Source: an uncultured virus (IMG/VR IMGVR_UViG_3300047356_001345) (lineage: Duplodnaviria > Heunggongvirae > Uroviricota > Caudoviricetes). From it: a stretch of DNA of 64,000 nt. The notes under the pieces were generated by a model. The model worked only from the letters and a program-made list of their open reading frames with translations. It was not told where the DNA came from and searched no databases. The DNA is taken from IMG/VR virus record IMGVR_UViG_3300047356_001345; one strand, written 5' to 3'. The position numbers were made by a program, and so were the translations under genes. Positions 22,124 through 32,095 of this stretch are shown here, in pieces (positions within the stretch are counted from its first letter, which is position 1; the number at the start of each line of letters is the position of its first letter).

Positions 22124-22680
22124 GAATTACAATTAGCACTGATAGATACGTTTGTTTTGATGAAAACGGTGTAATTGATAAAGTTACACGCAACCCTGAT
22201 GAAAACTTTGAAAACTTATTAGTAGATTTTGAGCAAGTTCGTCATTTTGCAGAAGGCAAAGAATCACTTCGTGATTATAAAGTTGAATATGACTTTATTG
22301 AAAAAAGATATGTATTAAAAAGCAAACAGCAGTATAACGAAAGTTTTAATACACAAAATTTTGTTTACGAAATACCAAAAGAAATCAAAGACACTTACGA
22401 AGTTAAAATAAAACAAAATAACAAAAGTAAGTGCTGGGAATTAGAACTGAACAAAGACTTTGAAAATTATGTGCAATCTCAAAAAATCTCTATTAATCCT
22501 AGCAATCAGGTATACAGTGTAACAAAGTTATTCGATCCTAACGTTTTGTATAAAACATTAGATTTCTCTAAAACAAAAAAAATACCTTTTACCAGTAAGT
22601 TTGAAATTGACAATATTAACGTAAGCCTTTATACTATAAGAAAGTTTTCTACATACTACCACGAGGTTATAAATGGCTAA
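22120..22680 (+). CDS. Hypothetical protein (186 aa)
   Basis: ORF coupled to neighbours by overlap; no recognisable motif. Confidence 0.55.
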   Translation: MRITISTDRYVCFDENGVIDKVTRNPDENFENLLVDFEQVRHFAEGKESLRDYKVEYDFIEKRYVLKSKQQYNESFNTQNFVYEIPKEIKDTYEVKIKQNNKSKCWELELNKDFENYVQSQKISINPSNQVYSVTKLFDPNVLYKTLDFSKTKKIPFTSKFEIDNINVSLYTIRKFSTYYHEVING

Positions 22681-23596
22681 TACATTCCGTGTAATTGATT
22701 ATGATATTGTTTATCTTAGTTACGATGAACCAAATGCAGAAAAAAATTATGCAGATCTGTGCAAAAAAGTTCCGTGGGCAAAACGTGTACACGGTGTCGA
22801 AGGATCTGATGCAGCTCATAAGGCTTGTGCTGAATTAAGTGAAACTGATCGATTTATTACTATTGATGGCGATAATTGTATTAGAGATGATTTCCTTTCA
22901 CAAGCAATAGACTTTGATGAAAATTTAGATTTAACAGATAAAGTTATAAGTTGGACTGCAAAAAATGTTATAAATGGCTTGAGCTACGGTAATGGAGGAA
23001 TAAAATGTTGGCCAAAGCAATATGTTCTTGATATGCGTACACACGAAAATGCACCTGCAGATAATCAACACGCTCAAGTTGATTTTTGTTGGAATACACA
23101 ATATGTACAGATGAACGGAACTTTTAGCGATGTACATAATAATGCTACACCTCATCAAGCGTGGCGTGCTGGGTTCCGTGAAGGCGTTAAGATGGCACTA
23201 GATCAAGGACTACGTGTAACAGTTGACGAATTTAAAAATAATCATTGGAAAAACTTGCATCGTTTATACATCTGGCAAATGATTGGTGCAGATGTAGAAA
23301 ATGGACGTTGGGCTATTTACGGAGCAAGAGAAGGTTTATATAAAACTATGTGTACAGATTGGGACTTTGTAAATGTACGTGATTTTAAATGGCTAAACAA
23401 TTATTGGGACAACAAAGAGTTAGATGAAGATCAAATGGAACAGGACACAGTTGACCTTGGATATTCGTTAATAGATGAACTAGATTTGCCTATTGCTGCC
23501 GAACCATTTGATGGAAATCAAAGCAAGTTTTTTAAAACAGTATATCAAAACCCTGCACGTGACAACAGCAAACAATTCTTAGATAGAGAACAGTAA
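22673..23596 (+). CDS. Glycosyltransferase-like protein (GT-A fold)
   Basis: DIVYLSYDEPNA...RVHGVEGSDAAH...FITIDGDN (DxD); homologous to the C-terminal domain of 27057-28697. Confidence 0.55.
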   Translation: MANTFRVIDYDIVYLSYDEPNAEKNYADLCKKVPWAKRVHGVEGSDAAHKACAELSETDRFITIDGDNCIRDDFLSQAIDFDENLDLTDKVISWTAKNVINGLSYGNGGIKCWPKQYVLDMRTHENAPADNQHAQVDFCWNTQYVQMNGTFSDVHNNATPHQAWRAGFREGVKMALDQGLRVTVDEFKNNHWKNLHRLYIWQMIGADVENGRWAIYGAREGLYKTMCTDWDFVNVRDFKWLNNYWDNKELDEDQMEQDTVDLGYSLIDELDLPIAAEPFDGNQSKFFKTVYQNPARDNSKQFLDREQ

Positions 23597-24969
23597 TGGA
23601 ACGTAGCGAAAGCGAAGAAATCAAGCGTATCGATAAGATTACGCAGGAAATATCTCCAACGTTTTGTTTTGCTAAATGGTATCACGCAAACATATATTTT
23701 CAAACAGGTGAAACACACAGTTGTTATCATCCTGCTCCTCACAAGATTGATACAGCACCGCTACTGGAAAATCCTAGTGCTATACACAACACAGCACAAA
23801 AGAAAGCAGAACGTGCTGCTATGATGAAGGGCGAACAGCCCAGTGGATGCAACTATTGCTGGAAGATTGAAGCAATGGGTAAAGACTATGTTAGTGACAG
23901 AAAACAACGCAATCAAACTATTTTCTTTAAACATAGATTAAATGCTGTTAAAGAAGGTGGTGCAGAGTTTGATGTTAATCCAGAATACTTAGAAGTTTCG
24001 TTTGGCAACGAGTGCAACTTCCGTTGCGGATATTGTCATCCAAAAGCAAGTAGCAGATATTATCAAGAGATCAAGCAACACGGTCCTTATGATATGGTAA
24101 AAAATCATAGATGCGACATTGATTGGTTTCAAATATTTGAAGAAGAAAATAATCCATATTTGGATGCATTTTGGAAATGGTGGCCCGAACTTAGTAAAGA
24201 TTTACATATACTACGTATTACAGGTGGCGAACCGACTATCCAGCAAAGTACATATAGATTATTTGATATGCTTGATGCAGATCCGAAGCCAGAATTAGAA
24301 CTTAATTGTAACAGTAACTTAGGCGGCAAACCGAAACAATTAGCAAAATTTACAGATCGTGTAAACAACTTGTTAACAAATAATAAGATTAGACGTTTTA
24401 AAATGTTTACAAGTATTGATACTTGGGGCAAACGTGCAGAATATATTCGTGATGGATTAGACATTGAAGTGTTTGAACGCAACTTAGATTACTTTATGCG
24501 TAATTGCGAAGCACCGATGGTTTTAATGATTACATTTAATATTTTTAGTGTAACAACATTCCGTACACTGTTAGAAAAAATATTAGAATGGCGCAAAAAA
24601 TACAATAATGTCGATACACATAGATGGCAACGTTTGGGGTTTGATACTCCACATTTAAAAGAACCTTTACAATATGATATGAATATTTTGCCAAAAGAAT
24701 ATCTTAGTTATATGCGTGATCATTTGCAATTTATTAAAGAAAATGTAGACGACGAACGTAAAGATGCGTTTAGTACAATTGAGTATGAAAAGTTTAGACG
24801 TGTGGTTGACTATATGGAAAAAACAGAATATCCATTAGAAAAGATTATACAAGGAAGACAGGATTTTCATAAATTTTTTAAAGAACAAAATCGTCGACGC
24901 GGAGTAAATCATATTGAAGTTTTTCCTGAAATGGCAGATTTTTTTGATTTATGCGAAACTTATGTTTGA
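23596..24969 (+). CDS. Radical SAM enzyme with N-terminal Twitch/SPASM-like Cys domain
   Basis: CNFRCGYC, ITGGEPT; N-terminal FCFAKW...SCYH...GCNYCW. Confidence 0.9.
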   Translation: MERSESEEIKRIDKITQEISPTFCFAKWYHANIYFQTGETHSCYHPAPHKIDTAPLLENPSAIHNTAQKKAERAAMMKGEQPSGCNYCWKIEAMGKDYVSDRKQRNQTIFFKHRLNAVKEGGAEFDVNPEYLEVSFGNECNFRCGYCHPKASSRYYQEIKQHGPYDMVKNHRCDIDWFQIFEEENNPYLDAFWKWWPELSKDLHILRITGGEPTIQQSTYRLFDMLDADPKPELELNCNSNLGGKPKQLAKFTDRVNNLLTNNKIRRFKMFTSIDTWGKRAEYIRDGLDIEVFERNLDYFMRNCEAPMVLMITFNIFSVTTFRTLLEKILEWRKKYNNVDTHRWQRLGFDTPHLKEPLQYDMNILPKEYLSYMRDHLQFIKENVDDERKDAFSTIEYEKFRRVVDYMEKTEYPLEKIIQGRQDFHKFFKEQNRRRGVNHIEVFPEMADFFDLCETYV

Positions 24970-25564
24970 AGTAAAATTATACAATAACGATATAGACCTA
25001 ACTGATTTTTTTATTGAAGCACACAAGAAAAAATTCTATAATAACAGCAGCCAAGAAATGCTTATAGATTATATTAAAAAATACGAAGATGCAAAACTTT
25101 GGTTATTACTTTTTAATAATAGAGTTGTAGGAACAGTAGTTGCACATAAATTAGAAGAGTTAGGAATACTAGGAAAAAATGCATACCGTATCGGTGCAAG
25201 AACTTGTGTGTTAACTCATTTAATCGGAAAAGATAGAGTAAAGAGTCTTAAAGGGAAGACCGATATACATTATTCACACGCTTCGCAATTTTTGTTGCCT
25301 GCTTGTATTGAAGGCATCGGTAGAGATAAACCTTTATATCTTAGCACACACACCGGTGATGTCGGTAGTCAAAATAAAGTGCATAATTTTTGGGCAAAGT
25401 ATTTTCACAAAGCAGGTGTTCTTCAAAATCCTGTAGAGCTTGAATACAAAGGAACATTTCAAACTTTTTGGAAAATTAATGTTGATAAATTTTACGAAAC
25501 TTTATCTTCGACTAGGTGGCCAGAAGCCGAAGCAGTTATTCCTATCCTAAATCAACCCAACTAG
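24962..25564 (+). CDS. GNAT-like protein (likely start MFEVKLY at 24962)
   Basis: WLLLFNNRVVGTVVA...YRIGARTCVL...QFLLPACIE pattern, loosely like 55966-56625; ATG overlaps the upstream stop. Confidence 0.4.
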   Translation: MFEVKLYNNDIDLTDFFIEAHKKKFYNNSSQEMLIDYIKKYEDAKLWLLLFNNRVVGTVVAHKLEELGILGKNAYRIGARTCVLTHLIGKDRVKSLKGKTDIHYSHASQFLLPACIEGIGRDKPLYLSTHTGDVGSQNKVHNFWAKYFHKAGVLQNPVELEYKGTFQTFWKINVDKFYETLSSTRWPEAEAVIPILNQPN

Positions 25565-26990
25565 TTCCATTGTATCCTTGAAACTTTTTGGTTGATTTAT
25601 TAAATATAATCATACCTTCATCTGCATAATCAATATCAGTTTTTTCTGCTTCTGTAAAACCTTTTGACTTCATAATTGGCACTGCTAAAACACCCTTACC
25701 GTCAAAATTTAATCCTGTTGGATTATCCCAAAATGCACTAGGCAAATTTTTTCCATCGCTTAACGTAATTGCAAAATCTGTTGGATATATTTCTAAGTCT
25801 GGATCTGGTGTTACGTCTGTGTTTGCATAAAAACCAAAGCCGCCTCCGATTTTATATGACAATCCGTCCCAGGCGTGACAAGTGTTTACCATCAAATGAT
25901 CTCCAGGATTAAGTGGAAGCATATTTTCGTGGTCACCGTTGAAAGCAAAATAATTTACTTGTCCTAAATTAGAAGTGTTAACCGGGTTTGATTGAAGTTT
26001 ATAACTTATATTGTCAGCATATACTTGTATTGTTTCTGTGCTGTTGTAACCAATATTGATTTCACCTGTCGAACCGCCTTCGAGTCTAACTTGTCCTTCA
26101 TTTACAGTCAGCACTGGTGCTCTATTTTCATCAATTACTTGGCCCATTACACAACCATTAAATTCTGCAAGTATACTTGGTTTATCTGTACCATCATAAT
26201 CTAGCAATGTAAGTACAGGAGAATCATCATACCAATTTATGTTTCCTGTATACATAGTTTCTCTGTCAGTATTGCCTAATTTTAAAACAGATTTGTGCGA
26301 ATCAGGATGTTCTAATCCTGCTCTAATAACGTGATGTCTTAGTGTAGAATTCCACGTTAATACGTGTTCATCTGTGTCTGGAGTTAATATACCACCTTTT
26401 AAATTTCCATTTAAAGTACCGTTGGAGCCATTAAGCATAATGTTGCCTTCGCCGTCAACTACATCACCACGTAGATCACCTGTTACATTACCCATTACTT
26501 CGCCCGAGTGTGTACCATTACTTGATCCGATTAGATTGCCATTAACTGTTCCGCTAATAGATCCTACTAACTCAACTTCTCCGTGATGAGTTCCATATAA
26601 ATCTCCTACTATTCTATCTACAACCAACGTATTTGTTGACGCATCGTAAATCATATCGCCGTTAGTGTTAACTAAATTACCTTCAAAATTTCCTTTTAAC
26701 AAACTCCGTTGTACATCTACTACAACGTTATTGTTAGAATCTTTTAAATTACCGACAACATCCATATGAACTGTACGACTACTAGCATTTACTAGTACAT
26801 CACCTTCTTCATTCTCAACATTTCCTACCATAGGACCGTATAGCTTACCAAATGTTGTATCAACTTGAATAACGCCATCTCTGTTAACAACATTTGCTTT
26901 AATTTGGCTTAGCCAGCTATCAATAATTAATGTGCTATCAGCACCTACAATATCAATTCGATACGAATCTCCGGGTATAAAATCAGTCAT
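25542..26990 (-). CDS. Virion fibre-like structural protein inserted in reverse orientation
   Basis: G-x-L-x-G-x-V repeats; C-terminal GMIIFNKSTKKFQGYNGTSWVDL shared with 62293-64000; own TAAATA motif and GGAGA SD. Confidence 0.65.
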   Translation of the reverse strand: MTDFIPGDSYRIDIVGADSTLIIDSWLSQIKANVVNRDGVIQVDTTFGKLYGPMVGNVENEEGDVLVNASSRTVHMDVVGNLKDSNNNVVVDVQRSLLKGNFEGNLVNTNGDMIYDASTNTLVVDRIVGDLYGTHHGEVELVGSISGTVNGNLIGSSNGTHSGEVMGNVTGDLRGDVVDGEGNIMLNGSNGTLNGNLKGGILTPDTDEHVLTWNSTLRHHVIRAGLEHPDSHKSVLKLGNTDRETMYTGNINWYDDSPVLTLLDYDGTDKPSILAEFNGCVMGQVIDENRAPVLTVNEGQVRLEGGSTGEINIGYNSTETIQVYADNISYKLQSNPVNTSNLGQVNYFAFNGDHENMLPLNPGDHLMVNTCHAWDGLSYKIGGGFGFYANTDVTPDPDLEIYPTDFAITLSDGKNLPSAFWDNPTGLNFDGKGVLAVPIMKSKGFTEAEKTDIDYADEGMIIFNKSTKKFQGYNGTSWVDLG

Positions 26991-27007
26991 ACTTTTCTCC
27001 TACAATG

Positions 27008-27014
27008 TATTTAT
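27008..27014 (-). promoter_or_regulatory. T4-late-like promoter motif ATAAATA for the inverted fibre gene
   Basis: Minus strand reads gaATAAATAcattgtAGGAGAaaagtATG. Confidence 0.55.
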
Positions 27015-27021
27015 TCTAATG

Positions 27022-27050
27022 TTGACAAGATTAGTTTTTCTTAGTATAAT
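27022..27050 (+). promoter_or_regulatory. Consensus sigma70 promoter, leaderless spacing
   Basis: TTGACA-17 nt-TATAAT, 6 nt, then ATG 27057; no SD. Confidence 0.85.
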
Positions 27051-27056
27051 TAATGT

Positions 27057-28697
27057 ATGTACGATGTTTATCTAATTGCAAACAAAAATTTGTATCAAGC
27101 TGAGTTAAAAGCTCTAAAATCTAAGATACCGACCCTTAAATGTGCTGAAACAATAGAACAAGCACAGGCAAGTTGTATTACTAACTTCTTTTGGATAGTG
27201 TATCCTGACTTGGTTATAAATGATGACTTTCATTTTGATTATGAACCTGACGAATGGAGTCAAAAATATGTGCATATGTTTTTAAACGGCGATGATTACG
27301 ATGGCATAAGTCTTGTACCAAAAACATCAAAAATTTCACAAAAAGAAATTGATTATAGATTTTTTATTAATAAAAAATTTGTTGAAATTACTGCAAGTAC
27401 ACCAAAGTCATTTGATTATTTTGAAATAGATAGTTATGAAGAATATAGTGTTGCATTAGAAAAGTCTAAAACACAAATGTTTTGGATGAGTAGTAAAAAT
27501 ATACAAGCCACTAATCTAGTTAAAGACTTTTACATAACACATCATAAGTCAGATTTACGACAACAGAATCACGCATTTGTGCATCAAGTAAACGACAAAA
27601 AATTATATAATGGTTTATTTTTATGTAGTAAAAATCGGCCTTTAACAAAAAAAGAAGTTGATTACAGATTTCCTGTAGCACGTAAAGAATGGAGCCAAAC
27701 AGGTTCAGGTCCTGCAAAATATGAAATTTATTTTGTTGACAGTTATGAAGATTATTTACAAGCATTAGAAAAATCAGAAACAGAACTGTTTTATGTAGTT
27801 CCTGCCCATATTGAATTAGTTGATGATTATACTTTTGATGAATATTTTACATTTGATAATGAATATGATAGGAAAATTAATCACGTATATCTTAATGGTG
27901 AATATCACGACGGTGTTGTATTATGTAGTAAACATTGTAAAATTAGTCAAAGAGAATGGCAATTTATGTTCATAGCAAATAAAAAAGAACATAATAAAGT
28001 AATTAGTAATCCTAAGCCGTATGACGTTGTATTCATAAGTTATCAAGAACCAAATGCTGATGAAAATTATAGTCTTCTCAAAGAAAAGGTTCCTAATGCA
28101 AAGCGTGTACACGGTGTCAAAGGCATACACCAAGCACACATAGAAGCTGCAAAGCAGTGTACAACATCAATGTTTTATATCGTAGACGGTGATGCTAATA
28201 TAATTGAAGATTTTGATTTTAATTATCAAGTTCCTGTTTGGCAATGGGATCACGTTCACGTTTGGCGTAGTAGAAATCCCATTAACGGGCTAGTGTATGG
28301 ATACGGCGGAGTAAAATTATTCCCAAGGCAAGCAACAATTGATATGGATACTAGTAAGCCAGATATGACAACAAGCATTAGTTCTAAATTTAGAGCAATA
28401 CAACAAGTATCTAATATTACTGCGTTTAATACAGGAGAATTCGAAACTTGGAAAAGTGCCTTTAGAGAATGTTGTAAGCTAAGTAGTAAAGTAATTGATA
28501 GACAAAAAGATGTTGAAACTGATAGACGTCTTAAAATTTGGTCATCAATTGGGCGTGATAAACCATTTGGAGATTTTGCAATAAAAGGTGCAAAAGAAGG
28601 TACAATGTACGGAAGTGCTAACAAAGGAAATATTGAATTACTGAAAATGATAAACGACTTTGACTGGTTAAGAGAAAAGTTTAATGGAAATTTATAA
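27057..28697 (+). CDS. Multi-repeat glycosyltransferase-like protein (three degenerate units plus one intact GT-A-like domain)
   Basis: Three ~100-aa internal repeats, then YDVVFISYQEPNA...RVHGVKGIHQAH...IVDGDA. Confidence 0.6.
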   Translation: MYDVYLIANKNLYQAELKALKSKIPTLKCAETIEQAQASCITNFFWIVYPDLVINDDFHFDYEPDEWSQKYVHMFLNGDDYDGISLVPKTSKISQKEIDYRFFINKKFVEITASTPKSFDYFEIDSYEEYSVALEKSKTQMFWMSSKNIQATNLVKDFYITHHKSDLRQQNHAFVHQVNDKKLYNGLFLCSKNRPLTKKEVDYRFPVARKEWSQTGSGPAKYEIYFVDSYEDYLQALEKSETELFYVVPAHIELVDDYTFDEYFTFDNEYDRKINHVYLNGEYHDGVVLCSKHCKISQREWQFMFIANKKEHNKVISNPKPYDVVFISYQEPNADENYSLLKEKVPNAKRVHGVKGIHQAHIEAAKQCTTSMFYIVDGDANIIEDFDFNYQVPVWQWDHVHVWRSRNPINGLVYGYGGVKLFPRQATIDMDTSKPDMTTSISSKFRAIQQVSNITAFNTGEFETWKSAFRECCKLSSKVIDRQKDVETDRRLKIWSSIGRDKPFGDFAIKGAKEGTMYGSANKGNIELLKMINDFDWLREKFNGNL

Positions 28698-29730
28698 GTT
28701 ACTAGACAGATTTGAGCTATTGTACAAACACGATGAGCGTCTTTCAGATCTCCGCAGAGCATATATTGATCAAGATTTAACAAGCATATTTAAATTATCG
28801 GATTGTAATGAAGATTTGCGCAAAGCTGTAATGGAAGAAAATTGGCATAGTATATTTCGTGTAATTGATAATAAACGCATAATTGGAGAAACTGAAGATT
28901 TACGTAAAGCGGTACTTGAAGAAAACTTGCATAGCTTATTTAGATTATTACCTGGCACTGAAGATTTACGTAAAGCTGTACTTGACAAAAATATACACAG
29001 TATATTTAGGATTTTAAAAAGCAAAGATTTAAAAGGATTAGTGTTAAATGACAACTATTATGATTTATGGAGATTATTAGAACACTATACTAATAGTCAG
29101 TTTGTATATGCTTTTAAAACATTGCTGGAAAAAGAAATTAAGTTTGACGAAGATTGCTTTAGTAGAGGACAACTTGAAAGTAAGTTATGGTTAATAGACG
29201 AACTTAAAAAAACAAGTATGAGTTTAGGAACAGTTTTTTTGTGTGCAGGCTGGTATGGAACACTTGCAACAATGATGTTTGAAAACAATTTAGATGTTAT
29301 AAAAATTAGAAGTTTTGATGTTGATAATAGTTGTCCTACTATTGCAGAAATATTTAATAAAAAATGGGTAGTGGATGATTGGAAATTTAAAGCAAGTGTT
29401 CAAGATATACACGATATAAACTTCAATGACGATCACGTTTATCGTGTTTATAAATCAAACGGTGAAGAAGAATTATTATGGGACACGCCGGATACTATAA
29501 TCAATACAAGTTCCGAACATATACATAATTTTACAGAATGGTACAATAGAATACCAGATGGCAAATTAATTGTTGTACAAGGAAACGATTATTTTGAGAT
29601 TGAAGAACACGTCAATTGCAGCAAGGATTTAAAAGAGTTTAGTGATAAGTTACCAATGACAACTGTGTTATATGAAGGCGAATTAGAATTGCCAAAGTAC
29701 AAAAGGTTTATGAAAATTGGATTTAAGTAA
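28684..29730 (+). CDS. Class I SAM-dependent methyltransferase-like protein with N-terminal helical repeats
   Basis: VFLCAGWYG (motif I-like), IRSFDVD (motif II-like), DTIINTSSEH; five EDLRKAV-type repeats. Confidence 0.55.
   Translation: MEIYKLLDRFELLYKHDERLSDLRRAYIDQDLTSIFKLSDCNEDLRKAVMEENWHSIFRVIDNKRIIGETEDLRKAVLEENLHSLFRLLPGTEDLRKAVLDKNIHSIFRILKSKDLKGLVLNDNYYDLWRLLEHYTNSQFVYAFKTLLEKEIKFDEDCFSRGQLESKLWLIDELKKTSMSLGTVFLCAGWYGTLATMMFENNLDVIKIRSFDVDNSCPTIAEIFNKKWVVDDWKFKASVQDIHDINFNDDHVYRVYKSNGEEELLWDTPDTIINTSSEHIHNFTEWYNRIPDGKLIVVQGNDYFEIEEHVNCSKDLKEFSDKLPMTTVLYEGELELPKYKRFMKIGFK
28744..29082 (+). repeat. Five ~21-28 aa tandem repeats (consensus EDLRKAVLxxNxHSIFRxL)
   Basis: DNA copies actgaagatttacgtaaagcNgtacttga at 28891 and 28957 (66-nt period); a diverged copy at 28807. 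Confidence 0.9.
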
Positions 29731-29941
29731 TTTGACATTAAGAGAAATGCAGAAAGAAAGTGCTAGAGCTTTGAGTACTATGCAAGCAACAAATGATAAT
29801 ATTTGGCAGTTTAATAAAAAAGCGCATCACAATAGTCAAAAATGGTACATAGCTGTAATAGAATGGTATATTGAACAATATGGAGATTTACCAAGTAAAG
29901 TTGGCCCCGGTAAGGATATAAAATTAATTTATGAAAGATAA
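29717..29941 (+). CDS. Small hypothetical protein (74 aa)
   Basis: Overlaps both neighbours and fills the gap exactly; TTG start. Confidence 0.55.
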   Translation: MDLSNLTLREMQKESARALSTMQATNDNIWQFNKKAHHNSQKWYIAVIEWYIEQYGDLPSKVGPGKDIKLIYER

Positions 29942-31010
29942 AAATATTATTTTATTGTTTGACGAAGACCAAACAAGATATGCTCAACTAGATTTTACAG
30001 ATGATTACTTGAAGGAAGCTAATACAGAAATCGTTTATACAAAACGTGATGATGATTATCCAAAAATTATTCCTATTTTTTATATAAACAGCGAAGACCA
30101 GATATACATTGATAAATGGGAATTTGAAATCATTGGATTTTTAAATAGACATAAAGATTTTTTAGAGAAAGAAAAAAATAAAATTGTAATATGCGATTTA
30201 CTAGAATCAAATAAAACATTAATTGAAACTGTAAAACGCATAAGCAAATTTATTCAATCAAAAATTTATATTGTTTCCCCAGAAAAATGTAAAACAAACG
30301 ACCCGAACATAATTCATATTACTAATCCTATATTTTATAAATTTTTAGAGCCAGTAAAAAATGTAGTAAAGTATAAACCAAAAAAAATATATATGAATTT
30401 AAATAGAGCCTATAGATATCATAGAGCATCACTTATAGAAAAGATTTTTGAAAACAATCTAGCAAAATATGGATATACTACTTTTGCTGATGCTTATGAA
30501 CAAATGTATCAATATTATGAACAACATCCTGAAACAAATTTTAAAAATTTTAAATTCGACATTTTAGATGAACCGGATCTAAAAAATGTGAATCCTGTTT
30601 ATAAATTTCCAAAACAATGCAAATATAGTTTTTTATTTCTAAATACAGAAACTTGGGTTGATAATAATAAAATGTTTCTTACAGAAAAATCTTTTAAAGC
30701 TCCTGCAATAGGAATGCCCTTTATCAATTTAGGATGCCCTGGAACACTGGATAGGATGCGAGATTTAGGTTACTATACATTTGCTCCTTGGATTGACGAG
30801 TCGTATGATTTTGATTTGCCGTTACAAACAAGGATACAAATTATAGTTGATAATTTAAAAAGATTTTCTACATACGACGAAAAACATTTAATTAAAATTA
30901 GAAATCAAATGGCTGAACGTGTAAAACATAATTTCGAGTTATATAATGTTCTTTACAATAAAAATGCCACGTACGATAATTTTAATTTAATTACCAATGG
31001 AGCAGTTTAA
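29931..31010 (+). CDS. Glycosyltransferase-like protein (GT-B/GT10-like C-terminus)
   Basis: LNRAYRYHR...FLTEKSFK...PFINLGCPGTL...LGYYTF...IDESYD; paralogue of 56671. Confidence 0.5.
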   Translation: MKDKNIILLFDEDQTRYAQLDFTDDYLKEANTEIVYTKRDDDYPKIIPIFYINSEDQIYIDKWEFEIIGFLNRHKDFLEKEKNKIVICDLLESNKTLIETVKRISKFIQSKIYIVSPEKCKTNDPNIIHITNPIFYKFLEPVKNVVKYKPKKIYMNLNRAYRYHRASLIEKIFENNLAKYGYTTFADAYEQMYQYYEQHPETNFKNFKFDILDEPDLKNVNPVYKFPKQCKYSFLFLNTETWVDNNKMFLTEKSFKAPAIGMPFINLGCPGTLDRMRDLGYYTFAPWIDESYDFDLPLQTRIQIIVDNLKRFSTYDEKHLIKIRNQMAERVKHNFELYNVLYNKNATYDNFNLITNGAV

Positions 31011-32095
31011 TGAACGTTAGTTTTATAGGATTAGGAAAGTTAGGAATGCCTTGCGCAGAAGCAGCAGCTCAAAAAGGTCATTGTATTAACGGATACGATA
31101 AAATAAAAAAACATAGCAAGCATATAACGCTATGGCCTAATATACAAGGAGCTGTTTCCGGCGCAGAAATAGTTTTTATTTCAGTTGCTACACCTCATCA
31201 ATCCGAATATGACGGCAGTCTGCCTATTACACATCTGCCAGCAAAAGATTTTGATTACACTCAACTTAAAGAAGCAGTAATTGAATGCAATAAACATATG
31301 AATCGTAATCAAAGATTAGTTGTTATTAGTACAGTGCTTCCTGGTGTTATGCGTGAACAAATTTCACCTTTAGTAACAAATACCAATTTAAGTTATAATC
31401 CTTATTTAATTGCTATGGGAACAGTCGCAAATGATATGTTGAATCCAGAAATGATTATGATTGGCACAGAAAATGGCGAGCCGGATGTGTTGCTTGAAGA
31501 ATTCTACCAAAGTATTACAGAAAACGATTGTAGTATAGTTACCGGTACTTGGGACGAATGCGAATGTATTAAAGTATTTTATAACACCTTTATAAGCACA
31601 AAACTCGGTATTGTTAATATGATACAGGATGTGGCTGTAAAAAAAGGAAACATTAATGTGGATGTAGTAACAGATGCACTAGCAAACAGCACTAAAAGAA
31701 TTATGAGTAATGCTTATATGAAGGCCGGTATGGGAGACGGTGGTCCTTGTCATCCGAGAGATAATATAGCATTGCGTAAATTATCTGAAGATTTAAATTT
31801 AGGTTATGATTTATTTGGTGGCATAGCACTAGCAAGAGAAAAGCAAGCCGAAAATATGGCGGTGCATATTTTACGGTACGGCAACAAGATTAAATTTAGT
31901 AGTAATTCTTATAAATCAAACACAGATTTAACTGACGGAAGTTATAGTTTGTTAGTACAGTATTATGTAAAAAAACACGGAGGCTGGATAGTAGATGAAA
32001 ATCCTAGTGTTTATGTATTGGTTCATCCAGATGATCCTCCTATAGAAAAAGCCTATAATTTTAATCCTTGGCTAGATTATGGAAATAATAAATGA
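31010..32095 (+). CDS. UDP-glucose/GDP-mannose dehydrogenase family protein
   Basis: Rossmann IGLGKLG, ISTVLPG, YNPYL, KVFYNTF and catalytic GDGGPCHPRD; C-terminal domain short. Confidence 0.88.
   Translation: MNVSFIGLGKLGMPCAEAAAQKGHCINGYDKIKKHSKHITLWPNIQGAVSGAEIVFISVATPHQSEYDGSLPITHLPAKDFDYTQLKEAVIECNKHMNRNQRLVVISTVLPGVMREQISPLVTNTNLSYNPYLIAMGTVANDMLNPEMIMIGTENGEPDVLLEEFYQSITENDCSIVTGTWDECECIKVFYNTFISTKLGIVNMIQDVAVKKGNINVDVVTDALANSTKRIMSNAYMKAGMGDGGPCHPRDNIALRKLSEDLNLGYDLFGGIALAREKQAENMAVHILRYGNKIKFSSNSYKSNTDLTDGSYSLLVQYYVKKHGGWIVDENPSVYVLVHPDDPPIEKAYNFNPWLDYGNNK

Noticed and set aside
28807..28985. Direct DNA repeats resembling a CRISPR mini-array
   Set aside because: Repeats are in frame inside a CDS, the intervening sequence is also homologous at protein level, and no cas genes are present.
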